From the IMG/VR virus record IMGVR_UViG_3300042814_000069, positions 1-44,116 of that record: a DNA stretch of 44,116 nucleotides; one strand, given 5' to 3'. Shown here piece by piece: positions 25,494 through 35,500 of this stretch; position 1 is the stretch's first letter; each line of letters opens with the position of its first letter. Both the position numbers and the translations under genes were made by a program. The DNA comes from a virus (Duplodnaviria > Caudoviricetes). A model generated the notes under the pieces. That model worked only from the letters and a program-made list of their open reading frames with translations, searched no databases and had not been told where the DNA came from.

Positions 25494-26891
25494 ATGCCAC
25501 TGGTTCGCAAGTCTCAAGTTCTCGCCCAGGTCGAGGGCGTGCCGGCGACTGAGGTCTCATCGTTCGTCGCCGGTGACTACGTGCAGGTCCTCGACGCCAC
25601 GATCACCGACAACCGCAGCAAGATCGAGAGCAACCCGGCCAGCGCCAACCTCTCGAACATCATCCAGACGATGGGCCGCGGCACGCGGCAGCTCGCCTTC
25701 ACGTGCGATGCCCGCGGCACGGGCACGCCGACCACGCCCCCCGACTACGGGAAGTTCCTCGAGGCCTCGGGCTACCTCAAAGCTCAGATGTCGAGCCTCA
25801 CCTTCAACGGCTCGTTCTCTCTGATCGCGTTGCGAGTCGGGACCGTGCTGAAGAACGCCGGCTCCGCGCGCGCGGTCGTGCTCTTCAACTACGCCGCCGG
25901 CGAGACGACCGTCGTCGTCTGGCTCGATGGGCTCGCCGACTTCGCGGACGGCGACGCGATCACGACCGTCGGCGGGACCGCGGTCGGCACGCTTGCCTCG
26001 AGCACCGCGGTCGGTCTGAACACCGCGAACGGCCTGACCTACCACTGCACGTCGATCTGCGAACTCCAGCTCACGACGACGGGGTCGTGGTCGGGCACGG
26101 CCATCGCCGGCGACACGGTCACGGTCACGAGCGGGGGCTACATCGTGGGCGGCTTCCTGCTCACGCGGAACCCCGCAACCACGACGACCTACTTCGAATA
26201 CGTGTGGGGCTCGATCCCCGCCTCGGGCACGCTGGTCTCGAGCTCGGGCGGAACGGCGACGATCCACGGCACGCCGGCGATCGCCCAGCTCAAGACCAAG
26301 AGCCTCTCCATCCGCCACAACCGCGCCGGCCTCTCGCGCGTGCTCTACGGCGCGAAGGGGACTTGGACCCTGAACGGCGACGCGGGCAACACCGCAAAGT
26401 GGGGCTTCACCATGACCGGCAAGCTCGGCACGAACAGCGACATCGCGTTCACGGCCTCGGTTGCCGACCCGAGCACGGTCCCGCCGAAGCTGGTCTCGGG
26501 CTTCTTCAACCTGAACGGCATCCTGATCCCGACCAAGTCGGTTGCGTGGGATGCCGGGAATACCGTGATCATGCGCAGCGACGCGAACCAGGCCGAGGGC
26601 GATGTCGTGACCGAGATCACGGGCCGCGCGCCGAAGTGCACGATCACGCTCGACCAGGTCGGCAAGCTCGCCTTTGACCATTGGGCCAAGCGCGACGCCT
26701 CGACCGGGATCCAGATCGGCCAGCTGATCGGCACGGCGCAGGGCAACCGCGTCTCGGTCTGCGCGCCCAACGCGCAGATCACCGAGATCTCCGACGCCGA
26801 CCAGGAGGGCGTCGCGACGCACGCCGTCACCTTCGAGTGCCAGCGGCTCAACTCCGACGGCGACGACGAAGTGATCATCAGCTACCTGTAA
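25494..26891 (+). CDS. Major tail tube protein with internal insertion
   Basis: RKSQVLAQVE...GTGTPTTPPD.G..L.ASG...GAKGTWTL...FTMTG...ITGRAP...GDDEVII. Confidence 0.85.
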   Translation: MPLVRKSQVLAQVEGVPATEVSSFVAGDYVQVLDATITDNRSKIESNPASANLSNIIQTMGRGTRQLAFTCDARGTGTPTTPPDYGKFLEASGYLKAQMSSLTFNGSFSLIALRVGTVLKNAGSARAVVLFNYAAGETTVVVWLDGLADFADGDAITTVGGTAVGTLASSTAVGLNTANGLTYHCTSICELQLTTTGSWSGTAIAGDTVTVTSGGYIVGGFLLTRNPATTTTYFEYVWGSIPASGTLVSSSGGTATIHGTPAIAQLKTKSLSIRHNRAGLSRVLYGAKGTWTLNGDAGNTAKWGFTMTGKLGTNSDIAFTASVADPSTVPPKLVSGFFNLNGILIPTKSVAWDAGNTVIMRSDANQAEGDVVTEITGRAPKCTITLDQVGKLAFDHWAKRDASTGIQIGQLIGTAQGNRVSVCAPNAQITEISDADQEGVATHAVTFECQRLNSDGDDEVIISYL

Positions 26892-26909
26892 CCCGCAACC
26901 CCTCCCCCC

Positions 26910-27353
26910 ATGACTGTCAACACCAACCCGCTCGAGCCCTTCGACTACGTGAAGCGCTCGGACCGCGACAAGATCAAGACCGCGATCGCGCGCGGCGACC
27001 CGGCGCCGACGGTGCCAACCTTCAAGCTCAAGCCTCTCTCGAACGCGCAGCGCGCGGCGCTGGAGGACCTGCAAGCGATCGAGCCGGGAACGCAGTGGGT
27101 GAAGGTCCGCGCGGGCACGCGGCAGCGCGAGTGCCTGCGCGCCGGCCTCGACGGCTGGAAGAACTACACCGACAAGACCGGCACGCAGCGCGAGTTCGTG
27201 CGCAGCGATCGGCAGGAGGTCATCCTCGGGCAGCGCGTGTTCCCACCGAGCGAGGAAAGCCTGAACGTGCTCGATTGGGACCTCGACGTGGGCGAGCTCT
27301 CCGCGGCAATCGAAGAGAACGCCCGGCTCACGATCGAAGAGGGAAAAGGCTGA
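26910..27353 (+). CDS. Tail assembly chaperone (gpG-like)
   Basis: Between tube and tape measure; TFKLKPLS, GLDGWKN; ends in a slippery site. Confidence 0.8.
   Translation: MTVNTNPLEPFDYVKRSDRDKIKTAIARGDPAPTVPTFKLKPLSNAQRAALEDLQAIEPGTQWVKVRAGTRQRECLRAGLDGWKNYTDKTGTQREFVRSDRQEVILGQRVFPPSEESLNVLDWDLDVGELSAAIEENARLTIEEGKG
27341..27347 (+). promoter_or_regulatory. -1 programmed ribosomal frameshift site G GGA AAA
   Basis: X XXY YYZ heptamer two codons before the stop; the -1 frame is open to 27760 with strong GC3. Confidence 0.85.
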
Positions 27354-27760
27354 TCGTCGCGGCCAATGTCCTCTTCGATGAAGACTACCGGCGCACGCTC
27401 GAGCCAACGTGCCGACTCTGCACGCGGCCCGAGAACCTCGACCTACGTGCGCGCTGGGGCTGCGACGGTCCAACGGTCGAGGGCGAACCGTGGGACTTCC
27501 TCGAGTGCTTCGTGTGCGACGGCAAGGATCCGGAGTGCGCCACGTGCATGGGGACCGGCAAGATCGGCTTGCGGGAGTGCCCGTGGAAGATGATCGGCCA
27601 TCGCGAGCGCTTCGTGTGCGAGCTCGCCGTCCTGGTCGAGACCGGGCTGCTCCCCTTCGACCTCGGCTGGTCGGAGCTCCCGGCGAATCTGGTCGCCGCT
27701 TGGCGCATGGTCGCGCACGAGCGGCACGTGCTCGAGGAACGCAGACGCAAGCAAACCTGA
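27347..27760 (+). CDS. gpT-like frameshift extension (G-T product 26910-27760), Cys-rich
   Basis: RLIVAAN...CRLC...CFVCDGKDPECATCMGTG...ECP...GLLPFDLGW. Confidence 0.8.
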   Translation, partial: RLIVAANVLFDEDYRRTLEPTCRLCTRPENLDLRARWGCDGPTVEGEPWDFLECFVCDGKDPECATCMGTGKIGLRECPWKMIGHRERFVCELAVLVETGLLPFDLGWSELPANLVAAWRMVAHERHVLEERRRKQT

Positions 27761-27778
27761 CCCCCGTGAGGTAGGACC

Positions 27779-29713
27779 GTGGCGAAGGACTCCCGGACGC
27801 TCGAGATCATCCTGAAGCTCCGCGACCTGTTCTCGGGCGACATGCGCAAGTCGGAGAAGGTCGTCCGCGACTCCGCGAGGGCGATGATCAACGGCGGCTT
27901 CAAGGCGCTCGAGGGCGCGGTCGCCGCGGCCACCAAGACCATGATCGCGTTCGGCATCGCGGCCGGCGGCGCCGTGATTTACCGGGCCGCGAAGGGGCTG
28001 CACGACGTCGTCCAAGAGGGCGCGCGTCTGCACGACCTGAGCAAGGCGATCAAGGTCTCGACCGAGGACATCTCGGCCCTCGGCTACGCCGTCGAGCAGA
28101 TGGGAGGGCAGAGCGGCGATGCCGAGACCGCGCTGTCCAAGCTCGGCCGCACGCTGGGCGGCGTGAAGCAAGGCACGAACAAGGACGCCGCCGAGGCTTT
28201 CGACCAGCTCGGGATCTCGCTCGAGCGGATTCAGAAGCAGGGCACACTCGACACCTTCTTCGACATCGTCGAGCAGCTCGGCAAGGTGAACGACGAAGCC
28301 ATCCGCGCGGAGCTCGCGTTCAAAATCCTCGGCCGCGGCGTCTCGGCCGACCTCCTGCCCGTGTTTGCCGAGGGCAAGGATCGGATGAAGGCCTACATCG
28401 AGGAAGCCAAACGCCTCGGCCTGACCATGAAAGAGGGACCGGCCGCGGCCTTCGATGACTTCGAGGACACGCTGCGGAAGTTCAACCGCTCGTTCAACTC
28501 GGTGATCCGGGACCTCGCCGAGAAGCTCCTGCCAACCGTGACCGACGAGCTCGACAAGTGGGCCAACTGGATCGGCACGCATCGCGGCGAGATCCTCGAC
28601 TTCTTCAAAGACACGGGGAACGCGGCCCTCGAGATCGCGACCAACCTGAAAGAAGCGGCCCGCGCGCTCGGCCTGTTCACGACCAAGGAGGACAAGTTCA
28701 AGGAGACGCTGCGCCAACGCGTCGCCGCACGCGTCGAGAAAGAGGGCGTGCATTCCTTCGGCAACGAAATGGGCTCGCTCTTCGGCACCGGTCCAAAGAT
28801 CGGTGACATGACGGAGAAGATCTATCAGGAGGAACGCGCCAAGCTGATGGGCGAGCAGGCCTGGAGCGCCAGCGACCTCGAGAAGTGGCGCACCGGCATG
28901 TCGGGCGCGATGGGCGGCGGCGCGGCCTCGAGGCCCTCGAGCGCGGGAGGGGCGTGGAGCGACGCCGACCTCGAGAAGTGGAAGAAGGGCATGGCAGCGG
29001 CCGGCGGCGGCTCGGGCCTCGGCGAGCCGAAGCAAAGCAAGGGTCGCGCGCCGCTCCACAAAGGCTCGCGCTACACGGAAGACGTCACGGCCGAGGAGAA
29101 GGACTTCTTCGGCAACCTCAACACCGGGATGGAGGAAGCGATCGCGAAGTGGCGCGACTGGAAAACCGCGGCGACCGACGCCGGCCAGGAGGTCGTCGAC
29201 TCCGGGCTCGGCGGCTTCGCCGATATGTGGACCTCGATCATCCTGAAGCAGAAGTCGTTCAAAGAAGCGATCAAGGATTGGGGGAAGCAGATGCTCGAGA
29301 CCCTGGCCAAGGTGATCCCGAAGCTCCTGATCGTGCGCGCGCTCGGCGGCGCCTTCGGCTTCACGGGCGCGGCCGCGATGGCCGAGGGCGGGATCATGCG
29401 CGGCACGCTGCAGCGCTCTTACCCGATCAAGGCCTACGCGCAGGGCGGCGTCGCGAGCCAGCCGACCATCGGCGTGTTCGGCGAGGCCGGCGCCGAGGCC
29501 TTCGTTCCGCTGGCGTCCGGCAAGATCCCCGTGCAGGTCCGCGGCGGCATCGGCGGAATGACCGTGCTCAACTTCAACATTCACGCGATGGACGGCAAGG
29601 ACGTCAAGCGCGCCCTGCTCGAGAACCGGCAGACGATCATGGGAGTCTGGAAGAACGGCGTCGAAACCATGCGCGGCATGCGCTCCGCGATCCGCGAGGT
29701 CCGCGCCGCATGA
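27779..29713 (+). CDS. Tape measure protein
   Basis: LEIILKLRD N-terminus, Ala/Gly-rich helices, AEGG/AQGG...FGEAGAEAFVPL C-terminus. Confidence 0.92.
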   Translation: MAKDSRTLEIILKLRDLFSGDMRKSEKVVRDSARAMINGGFKALEGAVAAATKTMIAFGIAAGGAVIYRAAKGLHDVVQEGARLHDLSKAIKVSTEDISALGYAVEQMGGQSGDAETALSKLGRTLGGVKQGTNKDAAEAFDQLGISLERIQKQGTLDTFFDIVEQLGKVNDEAIRAELAFKILGRGVSADLLPVFAEGKDRMKAYIEEAKRLGLTMKEGPAAAFDDFEDTLRKFNRSFNSVIRDLAEKLLPTVTDELDKWANWIGTHRGEILDFFKDTGNAALEIATNLKEAARALGLFTTKEDKFKETLRQRVAARVEKEGVHSFGNEMGSLFGTGPKIGDMTEKIYQEERAKLMGEQAWSASDLEKWRTGMSGAMGGGAASRPSSAGGAWSDADLEKWKKGMAAAGGGSGLGEPKQSKGRAPLHKGSRYTEDVTAEEKDFFGNLNTGMEEAIAKWRDWKTAATDAGQEVVDSGLGGFADMWTSIILKQKSFKEAIKDWGKQMLETLAKVIPKLLIVRALGGAFGFTGAAAMAEGGIMRGTLQRSYPIKAYAQGGVASQPTIGVFGEAGAEAFVPLASGKIPVQVRGGIGGMTVLNFNIHAMDGKDVKRALLENRQTIMGVWKNGVETMRGMRSAIREVRAA

Positions 29714-31467
29714 CGCTGGTCGGCGCCTCGAGCTACCAGCAGGTCCAGGTTCGGATCCAGAGCCAGGACGTCTACACGCGCGTGCACAAACTCGCCGGCG
29801 CTGCCTTGCCAGGGGGAACCGGCACGTGGGCGTTTGTCGTCTGGGGGATGATCGGCCGCCTCGCGGACGTCATCGGCCGCTCGACCAATGCCGTCGCCGA
29901 GGTCGCGCTGGGCGACCAGAACGGCCCCTTCGGCGACGCCTTCACGACAGTCAAGTGGGACGACATCGGACTCTCGGTCGTCTCGGGCTCGGAGATCCGC
30001 GGGCACCCGTTCATCTTCTGCCGCACCTATGACACGGTCCTGTCGGGGGCGCGCGGCACGTGGAATGCATCGAAGGACCTGACGCTGTGGGCGCGCATCG
30101 CGCGTAACGGCGACAGCCCGGCCAACGTCGGCGGCGAGTTCTCGGTTGGCAACGTGGCGATGCTGGCGTTCCGGATCAACGCGCTCAACCTGAACCAGTG
30201 GTTCGCGGACCGGTTCACGCCGGCGTCGCCCGCCTCGAACAACCGGCAGAGCCAGGGCTACAAGAACCACTGGCTCTCGTCCATCCTGGGCGTGTTCGAC
30301 CACGTCGACAGCGAATGGCTCGTGTTCTCGTCGACGCAATACCGGCCGGGCAACGTCGCCACCGGGGCGCCCTTCTATGAGACCTCGGTCTGCCCGAGCG
30401 GTCTGTGGGCCTCGGCCGTGCCGCTGATCGGCGAGCGCCAGCGCATGGGCGCCCGCGCGCGCGGCACGCCGGCCGCCTCGTTCTTCAACATGGGCGGCAT
30501 GCGGACGTTCACGGTCGCGAACACCAACACGCAGATCGGCGTGCGCGGCTTCGACTGGAACGCGGGCCCGACCGAGACCACGAGCCAGATCTGGAAGTGG
30601 GAGACCTTCGCGATCCGGGCCGACGCGCTCGGGCAGTTCCTCGCGCTGACTAAGACGGCGGCGACCGTCGGGGCGATCTTCAACGACTTCCTGTTCATCC
30701 CGAACGCCTATGAGCCGCTCGAGAACGTGCGCTCGTTCGTGTTCGATATCCAGGTCGCGATCTCCGGGTGCTGGGATGCCTCGAGCACCCCGGGCCTGAC
30801 CCGCACGCACGTGCCGACGATCGTCTCGGGCGGCGGCGGCTACTTCACGATCGGTTCGCTCGGCGGCCACACCTTCCAGTCCACCGAGGGCATCCACCCG
30901 ATGCTCGGCGGCCTGTGGGGCAACGTCCGCAGCGACGATCTCCAGTTCCGCGCCGCATGGTGGGAGCTCCCGCCGGCCGCCACCGGTTTCCCGGCCGCGC
31001 GGCCTGCAGCTGACTTCACGCTCGCGACCTGGATCTGGGAGAACGATCCGCAGGTCGACGGCGTGCCGGTGCCGACCGTGGGCCCGATCGTCGTGATCCA
31101 ACCCGGCAAGGAAGCGCTCGGGACCTCGAGTCTCACAGCCTTCCCCTTCGAGCCCGAGCGCTCGTGGGAGGAAGACCCCGAGCTCGTGCGCGAGATCCTG
31201 CGCGCGGCTGACGCGTCGGTCATCACGTGGCCGAAGTTCCTCGGCGGCCGGCGCCTGTTCAACCTCGAGTGGGTCCTGACGGCCGCGGACCGTGACACGC
31301 TGCTCGCCTTCTTCGCCGCGCAGGACCGCGGCGCCGTGAAGTGGACGCCGCCGCACGAGAGCGCGGCCGTGCCGCTGGTCCGCTTCTCGAAGCCAGAGAC
31401 CGAGGACGTGGGGCTGAAGCACCGCGTCTCGGCGTCGTTCCTCGAGCTCGTCTACGTGGGGTCCTGA
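29710..31467 (+). CDS. Tail protein with large N-terminal beta-rich region and C-terminal Dit/gpM-like domain
   Basis: ATGA start at 29710; C-terminal RRLFNLEW.LT...LLAFF...KWTPP...VRF...VSASFLEL. Confidence 0.75.
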   Translation: MTLVGASSYQQVQVRIQSQDVYTRVHKLAGAALPGGTGTWAFVVWGMIGRLADVIGRSTNAVAEVALGDQNGPFGDAFTTVKWDDIGLSVVSGSEIRGHPFIFCRTYDTVLSGARGTWNASKDLTLWARIARNGDSPANVGGEFSVGNVAMLAFRINALNLNQWFADRFTPASPASNNRQSQGYKNHWLSSILGVFDHVDSEWLVFSSTQYRPGNVATGAPFYETSVCPSGLWASAVPLIGERQRMGARARGTPAASFFNMGGMRTFTVANTNTQIGVRGFDWNAGPTETTSQIWKWETFAIRADALGQFLALTKTAATVGAIFNDFLFIPNAYEPLENVRSFVFDIQVAISGCWDASSTPGLTRTHVPTIVSGGGGYFTIGSLGGHTFQSTEGIHPMLGGLWGNVRSDDLQFRAAWWELPPAATGFPAARPAADFTLATWIWENDPQVDGVPVPTVGPIVVIQPGKEALGTSSLTAFPFEPERSWEEDPELVREILRAADASVITWPKFLGGRRLFNLEWVLTAADRDTLLAFFAAQDRGAVKWTPPHESAAVPLVRFSKPETEDVGLKHRVSASFLELVYVGS

Positions 31468-32126
31468 TGCCGCGTTCCATTCCGACTGCCTGGCGCACGC
31501 AAATGCAGAAGGTCCACGGCACGCAACCGTGGGTCTGGCTCTGGGAGATCACGGCGGACACTTCGGAGACCGCGCGCCCGACCTTCCGCCTCACACCCTA
31601 CCCGAGCGAGATCACCTTCAACGACGGCAGCGGCGCGCGCGTGTTCTATCCCTCGAGCATGACGCAAGGCCTGATCGTCGAGAGCGGCGACGGCGACTTG
31701 CCGCAGCTCGACCTGGCGATCGACAACACGCGCCGCACGATGCTCTACTACTTCGAGACCGGGGCCGGCTTCATGAACCAGGCCGCGACCGGCTGGCTCG
31801 TGAACCTCGCCGACCTCTCGGAGTTCCGGCGCTTCGACTACCAGATCCGTGGCGCCTCCGTCTCGATGGAGGCCGCGCAGCTCCATCTCGAGCAGCCGAA
31901 CTACTTCAAGCGGCTGGTGCCGCAAGACCGCTACAACCCCTCGCGATGCCGGTGGCGTTTCGGCGGCGACGAGTGCGGCTACCGCTCGACGTCCTTCGCG
32001 GCCTACACGGAATGCGACAAGACGATTCAGGCCTGCATGCTGCGCGGCCTCGACATGGTCTCGCGCAACCTGCCGAAGCTCCAGCCCGAGCGCTTCGGGG
32101 GCTTCCTCGGGATCCCGGAGTCGTGA
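31467..32126 (+). CDS. Minor tail protein gpL-like
   Basis: CRWRFGGDECGY...CDKTIQAC...RFGGFLGI Cys cluster. Confidence 0.85.
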   Translation: MPRSIPTAWRTQMQKVHGTQPWVWLWEITADTSETARPTFRLTPYPSEITFNDGSGARVFYPSSMTQGLIVESGDGDLPQLDLAIDNTRRTMLYYFETGAGFMNQAATGWLVNLADLSEFRRFDYQIRGASVSMEAAQLHLEQPNYFKRLVPQDRYNPSRCRWRFGGDECGYRSTSFAAYTECDKTIQACMLRGLDMVSRNLPKLQPERFGGFLGIPES

Positions 32127-32518
32127 TGGAGCTCGACCTCTTCTTCGAGCCGCTGCGCGTGCTGGTCGGCATCCCCTGGCAGGAGGGCGGGCGGACCCTC
32201 GAGGGCGCCGACTGCGCCGGCGTCTGCCTCATGGCGCACGCGATCATCGGTATCCCGAGCCGGGACCCCTGGCACGAGCTCTGTGACCGCTGGAAGGACG
32301 GCGAGCGCCTCGAGGCCGGGCTGCCGCCGGGATGGCTCGAGGTCGACAAGGACTCCCCGGTGCTGGGCGACGTCGCCGTGACCGGCAAGGGCGGGCACGT
32401 CTCGGCCTACGCCGGCGGCGGCTGGTTCCTGACCTCGAGGAAGCGGGCCGGCTCGGTCCTGGTCGCGGCTCGAGCGCTCGGGCGCGCGATCGAAAGCCTC
32501 TGGAGGTGGCACCCGTGA
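32126..32518 (+). CDS. NlpC/P60 family tail-associated protein (gpK C-terminal-like)
   Basis: VGIPW..GGR...GADCAG...GDV...GHVSAY. Confidence 0.85.
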   Translation: MELDLFFEPLRVLVGIPWQEGGRTLEGADCAGVCLMAHAIIGIPSRDPWHELCDRWKDGERLEAGLPPGWLEVDKDSPVLGDVAVTGKGGHVSAYAGGGWFLTSRKRAGSVLVAARALGRAIESLWRWHP

Positions 32519-35500
32519 TCCGTCTGCTCGTGCTCCCGAACCTGTTCGCGACCAAGCCGGCGCAGCGCTTCGAGCTCCCCTGGCGCGGCAACACGGCGGC
32601 CGAGCTCCTGCAGGAGGCTCGCACGCTCTGCCCGGCCCTGGGCAAGCAAGCGCTCGCGGTCTGTATCAAGGGCAAGCGCCTCGAGGTCGAGCAGCTCCCC
32701 TGGATCATGGGCGACAACGTCGAGCTGGTGATCGCCCCGGACCCGCAGGGCATCGACCCGCTCTCGATCGCGATCATGATCGCGATCTCGTTCGCGATCT
32801 CGTTCGCCTACAGCAAGCTAGTCGGACGGCCGAAGGGGCTCACCGAGCCAGCCGAGCGCGGCGACCAGCGCTCGCCGACCTACGCGTGGGACCAGATCCA
32901 GAGCGAGTGGCGGCAGGGCTTCCCGGTGCCGCTGATCTTCGGGCTTCACGACGTCGGCGGGCAGGTCATCTATGCCGACGTGTTCGCGTCCGCCGGCGGC
33001 ATCAACATCGGCGCCATGGAGTTCCTGCGGGTCATCCTCGCCGTGGGCGAGGGCCGGATCTACAGCATCGGCGGCGTGACCGGCGGGACGACCGGAGAGG
33101 AGGGCGGCCTCGGCAACCGCGGCCTCGGCGGCTTCGTCGGGCAGACCGAGCCGGCCGGCGGGACGATCTGCCAGGACGTCCGGATCAACGGCAACCGCTT
33201 CGACCATACGCAGCAGCTGCCGGGCGTGCGCATGTGGGTGCGGATGGGGGAGATCGCCCAGACCCCGGTCCCGTCCAACCCCTTCCGCGGTGTCACGTCG
33301 ACCCTGATCGTGGACGAGGACCTCACGGAGCAGGGCCAGACGGCGATCGCGACGATCTCGGACAGCAACCCGATCACAACGCTCGCCGGCGTGCTCGCCT
33401 TCCCCTCGGGCCTGTATGCGCAAGACTCGCAGGGCAACCTGACGCCGGCGAACGCGACCTTCACCGTGGACTGGCGCCCGCAGGGCGAGGTCTCGTGGCG
33501 GCCGGGGACGATCGTCAACGTCCTGCCCTCGAGCTACTACCTGAACGCGGTCTCGATCTCGTGGGCCTTCGATCCGAACCGCGGCGGCACCGTCGACGGT
33601 CCGCTCGAGGTGCGCATGACCCGCACGACGCCGAGCGGCCAGAGCCTCGGCATCGTCTCGCGCGCCAACTGGCGGCAGGTCATCTACAACCTTGCCATCG
33701 TGTTCGCGTATCCGCGCGTGGCGCTGCTCGCCATGGAGATCGCGGCCACGGAGAAGACCGCGAGCGGACGCCCCAACTTCGCGATCCGGACCAAGGGCCT
33801 GATGGTCAAGGTCTACGACCCGGGGGTCTCGGCCTCGCTCTCGACGCAGCGCTTCTTCGAGCTCCCGACCGCGTCGTCGAGCTACTTCGGGATCTGGTCC
33901 TACGCGCCAGGCCGGAACCCCGCGTGGGTCCTGATCGAGTTCCTCCTGAACAGGGCGGGGCTCGGCGCTTACATCTCAGTGGGCAAGATCGACCTGGCGG
34001 CCTTCCGGGATTGGGCAGACTTCTGCGACGGCGACGTCGATCTCGGGGCCTCGAGCGAGTCCCGGTTCCAGTGCAACTTCGTGCTCGACCGGCCGACCTC
34101 CGCGTGGGACGTCGTGCTGCGGATCTGCCAGGCCGGCCGCGCGATGCCCGTGATCCGCGGCGACAAGATCTCGGTGAAGTATGAATACGCGGCGGGCCAC
34201 GGCCGCGGCTCGAACAGCGTGCCGGCAAAGACCCGCACGCAGCTCTTCACGAGCTCGAACGTCGAGGAGTGCCTGGTCACGTATCTGAACGTCTCGGACC
34301 GGATCGCGGTCTATGACTTCCAGATCCTCGACGAGGACAAGGACTACGCGCAGCAGATCGTGCCGGTTGCGGATCCCTTCGCCGGCGTCGACCAGGTCGA
34401 CGCGCTGACCCCGATCAACTTCACGCGCGAGCCAATCGACAACTTCGGCGTCACGCGCCGGAGCCAGATCATCCGGGAGGGGCGTTTCATGCACGGCGTC
34501 AACCGGACGATCAAGAGCCAGATCCAGTTCCGGGTCGGGCCCGAGGCGCTGGCGTCCGAGGTCGGGGACGTCGTCGGCTTCCAGCACGAGATCCTGCGGC
34601 CCTACGACTCCGAGTCGTTCGCGTTCCGCTTGTCGGCCGCGGTCGCCGCCGCGACCACGATCCGCCTCGACCGCGCCGTCACGCTCGCCGTCGCGACCAC
34701 GTATCAGATCGTGATCCGCGAGACCTCAGGGGACATCACGACGGCGACCGTCACGAGCGTTGCCGGAGCCTATGCCGCCGGCGCCGCGATCACGATCGAC
34801 ACCACGATCACGGCCCCGAAGTCGGCGCCGCTTGCGCTCGGCGTCGAGAACAAGGTCGTGAAGGACTACCTCCTGATCGGCGTCTCACTCGCCGAGAACG
34901 TGAAGCTCGAGTGCCAGGCCCTCGAGTGGCACCCCTCGATCTACGTCGACGAAGACGTCGCGACGATCCTCGATGCCGAACGCGACGTGACGCTGATCGT
35001 GCCGTCGTCCGTGTTCAACCTCTCCCAAGCGCTCGCCACCGTGATCGCGTCGGAGGACATCACGGTCCAGCCGACGATGCTGCCCGGTAAGCAGGTCATC
35101 CAGTGGGCGCTTCCGCAGGGCTATGAGGCCAGCAAGGCCCGCGTCTGGGCGCGGCTCGCGTCCGCCTCGAGCTCGTGGTGGCTCCTCGGCGAGGTCAAGG
35201 GCACGAGCCTCGAGTGGAGCTTCGCGGCCGGCCAGACCTACGAGCTCGCCGTGACGATCTCGGACAAGCTCGGGACCTTCCAGCTCCCGGACAACACCGA
35301 GACGCTGACCTTCACGGCGGATGAGTTCCCGCCGCTGGCGATGCCTTCGGTCCGCACGGCCTTTGCCGCCAAGACCCAGGCCGGCCTCGCGCTCGGCTGG
35401 ACCCGCGTCGACAACCCGCACCTGGACTACTACGAAGTCCGCGGCGGTTCATACATCGCCGGCGCGACCACGATCGCGCGCACGAGGGAGACTCGGCTCG

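Noticed and set aside
7380-35000. Long minus-strand ORFs (e.g. 7380-9635, 16252-18126, 20037-22385, 27443-29584)
   Set aside because: Antisense shadows of high-GC3 + strand genes with no recognisable motifs
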